Source: Protoeuglena noctilucae
Lineage: Eukaryota
Assembly (NCBI GenBank): GCA_958009085.1
Contig: OY253670.1
Location: 1-64,000 of the forward strand
DNA: 64,000 nucleotides
Direction: 5' to 3'
Part shown: piece by piece, positions 39,592 to 49,892 of the stretch
Layout of the letters: every line of letters starts with the position of its first letter
Numbering within the stretch: position 1 is the first letter of the stretch
Program-made: the position numbers and the translations under genes
The notes under the pieces: model-generated
Told to the model about the DNA's origin: nothing
Seen by the model: the letters and a program-made list of their open reading frames with translations, nothing else
The model's database searches: none

Positions 39592-42500
39592 ATGGCGAGC
39601 GCGGGCGGCGAGGCGGTGAAGGACGCGAGCCTCGAGGTGGACATGGTGCTCGGGGAAGCGGTCGCTTCCGTCGCCGAGGCGCAGGTGGGTGCAAAGCAGG
39701 TGGCATCGCAAGCGTCCACATGGCCGCGGCTCTGCGCCACCCTGGGGGCGTCGCCTGCCCGCCGCACCACGCCCTCTTCTTTATTTCCCTGACGACGCGT
39801 GACGTGTTGCGACGTCGGGGCGAAGCGTCTCAATTAGCTCGTGTAATGGGTTTTAGCGAACCCGCCACCCGCCCTTCAAGCCTTTGGCTCCATACTCTTC
39901 GCGAGCGTAGTGAGGGACACTTCCTGCGCAGGCGGACGCGGTGGTGGTGCAATGGCCTCAGCTGGGGGAGGAGGAAGTTGCGCCTGCTGTCCAAGTGGAG
40001 AAGGCCACCGCAGTCCGGAAGAAGCCGCCAGTGCGGATGGAGCAGGTGCGTGGTTGTCACTGTCGAGACGTGCCGATGCCTTCCTGTCTTGGCCTGGACA
40101 ACGAGAGACATCGTGCTCACTGCAGTCGACGGATGCCACCCCTCCGCGCGAGTGAGACGGGAGCTTCTACCGAGGAAACGGCGTCGAGCAGGATGCGGAG
40201 GTGCTGGCCAAGGCACGCGTGGTGAAGGAGCGAGCCCAGCACTACGCAGAGGCGCAGGTGACGATGACGACGGCGGGCAGGGTTGGTCCCTGTCAGTGGG
40301 GCGGGCATGGATGGCGTCGCCATGTGTTAATCTAACTGTATCTCTCTCCTGTCCCTTGGCCTCAGAGGGAGCGTGCGAAGCGTGTGCAGCTCAAGCGTCG
40401 GAACGTGCAGGTCCTGGCGGACTACCGGGCCAGGCACGCCTCGGATGACGGGGACGCAGGGGTGGGAGAGGATGAAGCGAGGGCGGCAGTGTCAGAGGGG
40501 GCGCACATGGAAGCGGAAGGCGGTGCGGGGGCCCTGCCATCCGAGTGAGTGGGAGCGGGAGTGGGGTGCATGTGTGGGGTACAGGTCCCCTCTACAACTC
40601 CCGGGTTCTGGATGGCATCTTTCGACATTAACCCTTCCAAACCTCCCCAGGTTGCCCGCGTATGGTGGCCCGGCGCTTGACTGGGGTGTGGCTGAGGTCG
40701 AGGCGCCCAGGAGCGGCCCGGCGGCGGTGGGGCCGGCGACCCGCAGCCCAGAGAGACACGCGGCGGAGTCGCGGGTGCAGCGTTGGGACCTGGAGCATGC
40801 CGTGGGCGGGGCGAGCGATGGGTCCCAAGGCGATGCGGGGATGCGCGCGGCGTCGCTGGATTGGGACGAGGCGGGGGCGGCAGCAGGGAGGGGGAGCAAA
40901 GGGTGGCAGGGGAACAGGGAGGGGGCGGTGGGGGCGGGGGCAGGCGTGCCGCCACCCCTGGACTGGGGCGTGGCTCTGGGAGGCGACCCTGACACCCCCG
41001 GGGGGGTAGGCGCCTCCCCAGAGAGGGACGGTGAGGAAGGGAGTGGCCATGCGGGCGTGCATTCCAGTGTGACTCTCCCCACGCCCTCTTGTTGCAATAT
41101 TGCTCATGCCACCCTCTCCTGCTCGTCTGCAGTGGCGCGTGCCAAGTCTGACGGCCGCCAGAACAGCGCGTCCACCACGGAGCCTGTCTCCCACGCCGCT
41201 CCCCGCGGGGTGCCACCGCGCCGATCAGGCCTGGGCAGGGAGCCGCGGGGGCAGAGGGACGTCGCACCCGCGATGCCTCCGCCGCAGCAGGGCCAGGGGC
41301 TGCCGGCCACGCTGGACTGGGGCGTGGCAACCGAGTCGTCCCGAGCGCCCAAGGCCAGGGGCAGGGGCAGTGCGCGGCGGGAGGGGGCGGGGGGCGCGGG
41401 GAACCTCAGCATGGGTGGCATGGGGTCCTTCCCAAGTGGCATGGGCTCACTTCCGACCGGCATGGGGCCATTCAATGGCATGGGCAGCATGGGCAACGGA
41501 CCCAGCTCCCTGCCCGTAATGGCGGGTCCGATGCCCGGCCACCCCGCGTCGGTGCTCCTGCCGCCCCCGGCGCTGTCGCCCCCGCGCAGGCGCGTGCCCG
41601 GGACGGACCGCCTTCGCAGCGCCAGGCACGCGGCACCCGGGGGCACCAACGCAGAGGGGGCGTCGTACCTGCCCAAGAGCGTGCTGGGCCAGGCCATGGC
41701 GGAGGGGGTGGGCGAGGGCGGGGCGCGCGGGGGGGTAGCAGGGCCTCTGCCGCCGGTGGGTGCGGGGCCGCAGGTGGCGGACCGTGGGCGCCCCAGCCGG
41801 GACGGGCGCATCCAGGTGGGGCGCATCGACATGCTCGTGGGAGATGGCAAGGGGCGCCGCGGCGGGGGCGGGGGGCGGTCGGCGCGCGGGCGGGGCGCGG
41901 CGGTGGAGCGCGCGGAGGAGGTGGGCCCTCCCCCGGGGGCATCGAGGAGTCCAAGGCGGGGGCGCCTGCCGCCGCTGGGGCCGGAGCGGGACGCGGACCG
42001 GACGCCGGCGCGGGGTGTGGGCGGCGGGGCGCGCATGGTGCAGTCGGACTCGAAGGTGGAGGTGCGCGGGGGCAAGGCGCGCCGCCTGGCGCCTCTGCCG
42101 GGGGCGGCGGGGGGGCGCGGGGGCGGCCGCAAGGAGTCTGCGCGGCGTGCGCGGGAGGCGGGGGCGGCGGATGCGCAGGCGGCCGAGTGGGCGGCGGCGC
42201 AGCAGGCCCTGGCGCTGCAGCAGCAGCTGGCAGCACAGCAGCAGCAGATGGCAGTGCTGGGAGATCTGCGGGCGCAGCAGGCTCACGTGGTGGCGGCGCT
42301 GGGGTTTCCCGTCAAGGTGAGGCGGCGGCGTGGAGCGGAGAGCCCTGGTGCAGAGTGCTTGGCGGCTGCGAAGACGGCCGCTCCTGTCCGCCCGCAGCAG
42401 CCGCGTGCGACGCGCGTGCCGAGTGCCCGCCGGGGCTCCTGGACCACGGAGGGGGGCGGGGGCGGCACGCGCGGGGACTTCGCGGGTCTGAACATGCAGG

Positions 42501-42978
42501 CATCCCAGGTCGGGCAGTTCCTGGCAGCCATGGCGCAGACGCCCGGGTTCCAGCAGATGGTCGCACAGCTGGCGGCACAGGTGCGGGGCGGTATGGGCCA
42601 TGCCATGTGCCCCACCTGCCCATGCGCGGAGCGGGCGCGTGTATTGTGAAAATGCCAGCGCTCGTTCTCATGCCGGTGCCTCTCCACCCGCAGCGTGCGG
42701 CCGCGGCCCAGCAGCAGGCGCTGGTGCGGGCGCAGGCGCAGCAGCTGGAGCAGATGCGGCGGATGCAGGCGGACCTGCGCTTCCAGCACGCGGCTGCCCA
42801 CGGCCCCGTCATGCTGGCGGACCCCAGGGACCACGCCGCGGTGGCACAGGCGCTCTTCCTGCAGCAGCAGCAGCAGGCGATGGCCGCGGGGGGAGGTGCG
42901 GCGCGCGGCGGAGGGGCGGGCGCGGGACCGCGGCAGGGGGGCAAGTCGGCCAGGGTGGCAGCACCAAGGCTGGTGTAG
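39592..42978 (+). CDS. Low-complexity hypothetical protein with repeated LDW(G/D) motifs and Q-rich tail; one in-frame TGA
   Basis: Consistent GT-AG exon chain from ATG 39592 to TAG 42978. Four LDW motifs, and TGA at 40153-40155 inside exon 3. Confidence 0.55.
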
Positions 42979-43126
42979 CGCCAGAGCGCCATCATGACCC
43001 TCAGTGGGCGCGTGTCGGGGTATGCCCGCGTCAGTGTTTCTTCTTGCGTGTCCGCGTTGCGACTTATTTGCAAGCCTTCGCTCCGGCCCCGGCCCCTTCT
43101 TTGAAGAAATAGAAGGGGATGCGGCC

Positions 43127-44065
43127 ATGCGGACCAACTACGACACCGTAATACGCGGGCGAGGAGTGACGCTGTGAGCCCTGCTTGGGGCCCGTCGGTT
43201 GCAATGCATGCGAACATGTCGTGGCACGACGTCGCACGCGGCGGCGGGACCCGGCCGCGCCTTCCCCACGCAGCGTGCCGTACCGGCCCGAGCATGTCGA
43301 CGTGTATCACGGCTGGATGCAGTCGCCGGAGCTGCAGGAGCTGACGGAGTCCGAGTAACTGACGATCGAGGAAGAGAGGCAGATGCAGCAATCGTGGGCG
43401 GAAGACGACGACAAAATGACGTTTATCGTTTTGGACAGAGAGGCACCGCCGACCGCGGGAGTCACCGAGCGCTTCGAGGCGGGAATGTGCGGTGACGTGA
43501 ATCTGGTGAGATGCCGGGAGCGAGATGGCCAAGCGATGCCAGCGCACGCGGGTGGCCCAGCACTGCGCGCGGCTGCACACTCGTTCGCGGCCTGCGAGTG
43601 CCTCGCGCCCTCGCAGGCCCTTTCCAAAGGCTCTTGCGCCCCCAACCGCAGTTCTTGAACGATTCTGAAGACCGGACGATTGCGGAGATAGAGGTTATGA
43701 TCGCCTCGCCGTCCTCACGGTACGCCGCTCTGCGACGCTCGGGCTGTCCCCCATGTCGCACCCCTGGGAAGTGCCTGGCACTTTCTGCGACCCATCGACG
43801 CAGGGGACGGGGCAAGGGATCGGAGGCGGCGCGGCTGATGATGGGCTATGCAGCATCCACGCTGGGCGTGCGGCGGTTCGTGGCCAAAATCCTCGAGCAC
43901 AACGCCCCTTCGCTTAAGCTTTTCGAGCGCCTCGGGTTCAAAGAGTTCGCGCGCGTCCCTGTCTTCCGGGAGGTGCACATGGAGCGAATACTGGACGAGG
44001 CGGGGCTGGCTGAGGCAGCAGGATGGCTGGGAGCCGCGCAGATTGGGTCGTATGACGTGGGTTAG
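43127..44065 (+). CDS. NAT9: N-acetyltransferase 9-like GNAT (in-frame TAA at 43356-43358; possible pseudogene)
   Basis: MRTNYDTVIRGRGVTL/VPYRPEHVDVYHGWMQSPELQELTESE*LTIEEERQMQQSWAEDDDKMTFIVL...MCGDVNL/FL...AEIEVMIA...RGRGKG.EA...FVAKI...NAPSLKLFERLGF...VFREVH. Confidence 0.9.
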
Positions 44066-44242
44066 CAGGGTTGCTCGGACGCTGGGGCTCTCTGGCCGCG
44101 CAGCGAGTCAGCTGGTCAGTGCTTGTTCACAGCAAGTTCAAAGCAACCATTTGTGTCTCATCACAAATCACTTGCTAGCGAGGAACGTGGCGTGGGAGTG
44201 AAAGGAGCGGGTGCAAGGCCGAGGCCACTCCACACCTCGCCC

Positions 44243-45188
44243 TCAGCCCCTCCCCCCCAGCCGGTACTTGGCGCAGGTGACGGCGCATGCGGACTCGGTG
44301 CTGGCCAGGCACTTGACGTAGTGTTCCTGGTGCTCTGAGGTGGGGTAGGCGCGGTCGCAGGCGGCCCCGAACGACAGCTGGCACGCCTCCATGCAGGCGT
44401 GGGACTTGTCACTCTCGCGGGACACGCACCGCGTCTCACAGTCCTGGGGACCAGGGCAACGGGCGATGGGGAATGGGCGCTGGTGTGTCTCAGTGAGAGG
44501 CCAGAGTGAGAGGGGCCGGGAGTCGCGCAACGTGACGCTGCCCTGCGTCCATAAATCGTGCAGTGTAGCTGCCCTCGCCTGGATGCCGTTGAGCTCGGAG
44601 CAGACGTCGATGCAGAAGCGCTGGCCGCTGTCGAGGACCAGAGGGTCCATGTCAGAGGGCTGGGGGAGGCCGTGCTGGCGGGCAAAGGCCGATCGTGAGA
44701 TGTAGTCCATGGTGCCGACTGCGGAAGGGCGGGCATGCAGGGGTTCACTTTGCAAGAGCGACCGCGGGTGCTTGGTGGGTCGACGGCAACACGCGTGGCT
44801 GAGCAAAACGGGCGTCTGCGGACAGGCGTGCCGCACACATTCTGTCCTCACCCTTGTGATCCCTGAGACTGTTCTTCGCCTGCCACCGCTGCACCGCCAT
44901 CTGCGTGGCCTCCCCGTAGTACCCGGTGGGGTCCGACTTGAGCAGCCCCACGCGCTGCAGGTACCGCTGCAGGCAGTACACATCACCACCGTACGATCCC
45001 TTCTGCGGCGAGGCACGGGGGACGGGGATCGGACGCGCAAGCGGCGGCCCTTGGGAGGCATGCGCGAGACGCGCCCCGGCGCCTCGCTCGCCGCCGCGCA
45101 CCCGGATATCTCGCGGCAGATAGCACGATATGCTCCCTCCATTGCTGCTGGAAACCCCCGAGTCCTGTTTCGAGCCACCGTTTCCCAT
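44243..45188 (-). CDS. Peptidoglycan-binding-like (PG_binding_1) domain protein with Cys-rich C-terminus
   Basis: KGSYGGDVYCLQRYLQRVGLLKSDPTGYYGEATQMAVQRWQAKNSL fits the PG-binding three-helix consensus. It is followed by CxxxC-repeat exons, and the N-terminus is MGNGGS. Confidence 0.8.
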
Positions 45189-46247
45189 CGCGGGCCCCCT
45201 GCAGGGACGGATTCTGCCGCGTCCGGCAGCGCCGAGACGCCGCGCCTGCGATGGGCGCGACCTCCACCGGGCCACGGTGGCCACGTGGAGCTGCGTTCGA
45301 CTGCCGCTCGCGATTGGGCCGAGACGGCGCCGCACCGCGCCCAGGTCAGCGCGCGTCGCCACGAGGAGGCATGGCGCAGCCCGCGGGCCTCCGATGGCGG
45401 CCCCGCGTTCCGCACTCACCTCCTACCCACCCGAAGAGCCTGTACACCAAGCGTCCTCCTCGGGTACGCTCTGTGGAGAGCCGCTCGGAGAAACAAGCTA
45501 ATGTCGAAATCCGACGACCCGCTGCGGTGTTGGTGGTCTGCTAGTCCAAGCGACGTTCAATTGAAGCCGGGACGAACCAGCCTAAGGGGAAGATAGCAAG
45601 AGGCGGGAGCGAACAGGCCCGGCGCGAATTTGGTGACGGTCTGAAGGCGATCCCCGATACCAGCGCATCCAGGCGATCAACTTCAGGATGTAGCCACCTG
45701 GAGACCGCGCGTGGGCTAGCCCCCGGGGCCAAAAACCGCTGCCAGAGTTGGAAACAATGCGTGCATCGAGAATTAACGTGTGGGCGGAGATGTTGTGATG
45801 CCCACATACCCTCCTCACCTGCGCCTTGCATCCTCACAGCCCCTGCGCCCGCCGCGTCACCACATTCCAGGCACGAACGCGTCTCTCCTTTCGAGCGTGC
45901 CACTAAAACCTCAGGCAAGCGATTTCAGCTTGGCGATGGCTGGTTGAATGGTTGTACTCCCTTCACCTTTACTCTCGTTCCCCCTTGGGCGCTCGCTCGC
46001 CGCGTGCTGACCACCGAGTGCACGTGCACCTGCATTCTTCAACCCCGCCGCCGATTCCGATCCCGCGCGCACGCCGCTGTCTGACAACGCCCGTATGGAA
46101 ACGCAGTCTGCTGGACGGAATCTCCGGCTGCTCACGCAGGCAGCTTGCGTGGGATCTCTGTTGTGAAGGACTTGCGGGGGGTTTCCCGGCCGCGGAGCGC
46201 AGCGTCGGCTCCATCGGCTATTGTCACGGAGAGGAGACGGGGCTAGG

Positions 46248-46760
46248 ATGGCGGCGATATCGCAGGGACCGCAAGGACTGCACCGGCTGCTCGACAGTGA
46301 GTGCACGACGCACGCTGCCCGGCGTCCGTGCCCGCCGCGGACGGCCGCCCCGACCCCGCTCCCTTCCCTTCGCGCAGGCAAAGTCACGGTTTTGCTCATC
46401 GACGGTCGCCATGTGGTGGGGCATCTGAAGGGCTACGAGCAAAACTTCACGCTGGTGCTGGAGCAGTGCAAGGAGATGGTCTACGGGGGCAAGGGGGGTG
46501 TGCAGGCGAGGGGCTGGCAGGACAGGAGATGGCCGTGCGAGCTCTCTTCCCGGTGCTGGAGGACGCGACGGCTGGGCATGCCCAAACATGTGCATCCTGT
46601 GCGTGCGTGTGTGCAGGAGATCGACCTGGGGACGTACGTGGTGCGCGGGGACGCGGTGGCGGTGGTGGGGGAGCTGGACGAGGCGGCATTCGCGGGGGTG
46701 GAGTGGAGCAAGGTGCGAGGAGAGACCCTGGGGGAGATGTTCAAGGGGGGGCAGACGTGA
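46248..46760 (+). CDS. LSM8: Sm-like protein LSM8
   Basis: VTVLLIDGRHVVGHLKGYEQNFTLVL...KEMVY..GVQ/EIDLGTYVVRGDAVAVVGELDE.....VEWSKVRGETL. Three exons. Confidence 0.88.
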   Translation: MAAISQGPQGLHRLLDSECTTHAARRPCPPRTAAPTPLPSLRAGKVTVLLIDGRHVVGHLKGYEQNFTLVLEQCKEMVYGGKGGVQARGWQDRRWPCELSSRCWRTRRLGMPKHVHPVRACVQEIDLGTYVVRGDAVAVVGELDEAAFAGVEWSKVRGETLGEMFKGGQT

Positions 46761-46896
46761 CGACAGCGAGGGGTGGGGCAGGGGGTGGCGGGCGCAGGGT
46801 GTTTGAAAAACAAGAGGTTGACAGATGCCGCCGTGCCGCGGCAAGACAGCAGACCCTCTCACTTCACATGGCACACCCACAAGCACGCGTGCCACC

Positions 46897-49349
46897 CTAC
46901 ACTTCCATCCCCTCCAGCCCATCTCCCTCGGACACCGTGCTCGCCGCCGAGCTCTCGAAGCTCTCGGGGTCTCCGCCCCCCGGCCCACCCCCCGCGTCCA
47001 GCACCATTCCCCCCGCCTCGTCCCCCGCACCCTCGGGCGTCATGGCATCCAGGTACAGAGACGCGTCCCCCACCGACAGACCCAGGGCCAGGGGGGGCGT
47101 CAGGCCCAGACCAACGCTGAGAGAACAGGAGTGGCGGGGCAGGGTGGCAGGCGGAGAGGTGGCATGAGCGCTAATGGCCAGGCGCGCCCACCCCCAACTC
47201 ACCCGTACACGGAGGACAGGTGCACTGCACTCCCTCACCCGTACACAGAGGACAGGTGCACTGCACTCCCTCACCCGTACACAGACGACAGGTGCACCCC
47301 CGCCGGATGCGTGCCTGGTCCCCCGGCGGGCACCTCCCCCGGCGCCACCCCCTGCGTAGCAGAGTACTCCCCCGCGCACAGCCCCGGCCAGCTGTCCACG
47401 CGGGGAGGGGTCGTGGCACCAAGGCCAGCCACGTCGTTAGCGAGGGCGGGGGAGCCGTGGGGCCGCGTGAAGTGGTGCGGCAGGGTGGCCCGGTGCGGCC
47501 ACAGGCGAGGGAGGAGGGGCGTCTCGGATCCCAACTGAGAGCAGGAGCAGGGGCGAGGGTGGGAGGCACCATGCATGGGACGCGGGGTCCCACCTCCCCC
47601 TTTCACTAGCCTGCTGTGTCGCTCACCAGTCCGGATGCGCTCCCTACCACCCTCCCCCCCGTCTCTGCCCTCCTGGCCGGGCCCTGTCCCCCCGCGTGGT
47701 CAACGCGCCCCGACAGCACCACCTGCGAGGGGGCAAGAGACGCAAAGGTTGCATGGGATAAGCACGGCCACGCGTGCATGCCTCTAACACCTTCCCGCAT
47801 GCCATGGACCCACCAGCCCGTCCTCGAGGGCGTGGAAGGCCGCCTTGGTGCTCGACACGGCAGACGAGTCGCTCAGATACACAATCGAACCCTGGGGTTG
47901 GCGGGAGCAAGAGCGTGGCATCTTGACGTCCCCTGTCGCTACCCAAGGCAATCACAGGTTGCCACTTCAGGTCTACCCATCACCCCTCGCATCCCCACGC
48001 TTCACTCATCACCCCTCGCATCCCCATGCACCACCACGCCCGCCCTTGCCTTGGACCTCGACCGCACCCCCGTGGAGTTCTCCCTCAGCAGCAAGTGCCT
48101 GCCCCGGATGACCGCCGCGTTGATGGCCGCCAGCCCCGCGTGCTTGTTCCAGCAGCACACCGTGTCCGTCACCACCGCCAGGCACCCCCGGCCGTGGGAC
48201 TCCACCGCGTTGTACCCGTTGCGCTCCACCACGGCACCGTCCACGCGGATCTCAGCGCCGTTGTCGCAGCCCACGCCACTGCCGCCGTTGTGGGCCACGC
48301 AGCCGCCCTGCAAGTGACCCACGGCGCCCTGGGAAAGAGAGAGGGAGGTCTGATGAGAGGGAAAGCACCAGGCGATAGTCCCACCGATGGTGTCTGTCAG
48401 CTGCGCTCGCCCGCCCTCACCTCCCCCCGCACCATGACCCCGCACCATCCGTTGAGGTCCACGCGGCACTCCCTCAGCACGCACCCTCGGGCGCGGTACA
48501 CCAGCACCGAGTCCCCCATCACTGTGTTGTCGCCCAAGCAACCCGTGACCCGCACGCGCTCCAGGCGGCAGCCGTCCGCGCACAGCAGCACCGAGCAGGT
48601 GCGGTGCGTCGTTTTGCCGTCCGCCAGCACCGACCGCACCCGGCTGCCCTTGTTGCGGACCACCCCGTTGCTGCGACGCATGGGGAGGGTAGTCGTGGGC
48701 TTGTCCCTGCGCAGCTCGCAGCCGCGCCCCTCCGCTGCGTGCGTCCGCCCGCCTCACCGCAGCACCACCCCCGGGCGCCGCAGCTTCAGCGCCCTCGCCC
48801 CCTGCACCACCTGCCACCCCAGGTCCACCACCGTGACCCCCTCCTGGTCCAGCATCGCCTGGAGCTGCCTGGGGGAGGAGAGGCACTCGGCGCGTCAAGG
48901 GAAGGGAAGAAGCGGATGACAGAAGGGGTGACGGTGCGCTCTGCAGGGCCGACGGGGCTCGTGCATGCACTTGCCCTAAGCATACGCGGGGAGCCGCACG
49001 CACCGCAGGGACACGCCGGGGGGGGCGTGCAGCACACCCGGGGTCGTGAGGGCGCGAGAGATGCGAGGGGAATGATCGCTCGCGGGGGCGGAAGACTCGG
49101 CCGGGGTGTTGCGTTGCGATGCGGAAGGAGCGGGGGCCTTGGAGGCTGTGGCGCCCTGGCGCTGGGCGGAGGCCGTCCGCAGAGCTTGCGCTGTAGACGG
49201 AGGGAGATTCCAGTCACTATACGTGTCAAGTAGCGCCGGCAGAGCGACGCGATTGTGGCTAACAGCTCACCAACTGTAACTAGGACTTCAGTCAGCGCCG
49301 TTGCGTCCAGAAGCGCCCCGTGCGCCCCACAGTCGGTGCCATCCGACAT
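46897..49349 (-). CDS. Right-handed parallel beta-helix (pectin-lyase-fold) protein
   Basis: Repeats such as CRLERVRVTGC, CVLRECRVDLNGWCGVMV, CVAHNGGSGVGC, VVERNGYNAVES, CCWNKHAGLAA and LLRENSTGV. Exon chain reconstructed manually. Confidence 0.7.
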
Positions 49350-49892
49350 CGCGTAGTGACAGCGTCTGACCGGGCCGCTGCAGAGCAGGAGCCGCGGGAG
49401 CCGCAAGCTGCAGCCAAGCGCAGCTCGTCAGCCTAGCGCAGCTAAGCAAAACTGTGAGCTGCCATGCGCCTGTTCGTGCTACTGGGACGGTAACCCACAC
49501 AGGCCTGTCTGAAGACGGAACCGCCGAGGGCGAGACTGGCGCAGGGCTTCCCCATGACCTCCCGTCCCGGGCGCTCGTCCTCGCTAGGTCCACGGGCCAT
49601 TAACGAGATAGCAGAAGCGCTGCTGAACGCTTGTCGCGCGGCCTGGGTTCTCCTGTCGACGCCCTGTCATGCGAAATTAACAACAAGCTGGACGCTCGAA
49701 GGGTGAGCCGCGGACCGGCTTTATGTGGCCCTTTTGTGTTTTTCCTCTGTAACCATCGCAGCGAGGAAGTCCTGCCGCGCCCCGCACATCACAGCGCGAC
49801 GGGGGCCCCGGACTGCAAACAGCCATCGTTTCCGGCCCCCCTCCGCAGCTCCCCGGCATAGCAATCTCTTCCTCGCCTTCCGGCCCCGCCAT

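Noticed and set aside
45540..46200. Possible small gene or ncRNA between the PG-binding gene and LSM8
   Set aside because: One donor-like site, but no recognisable motif, fold or consistent exon chain.
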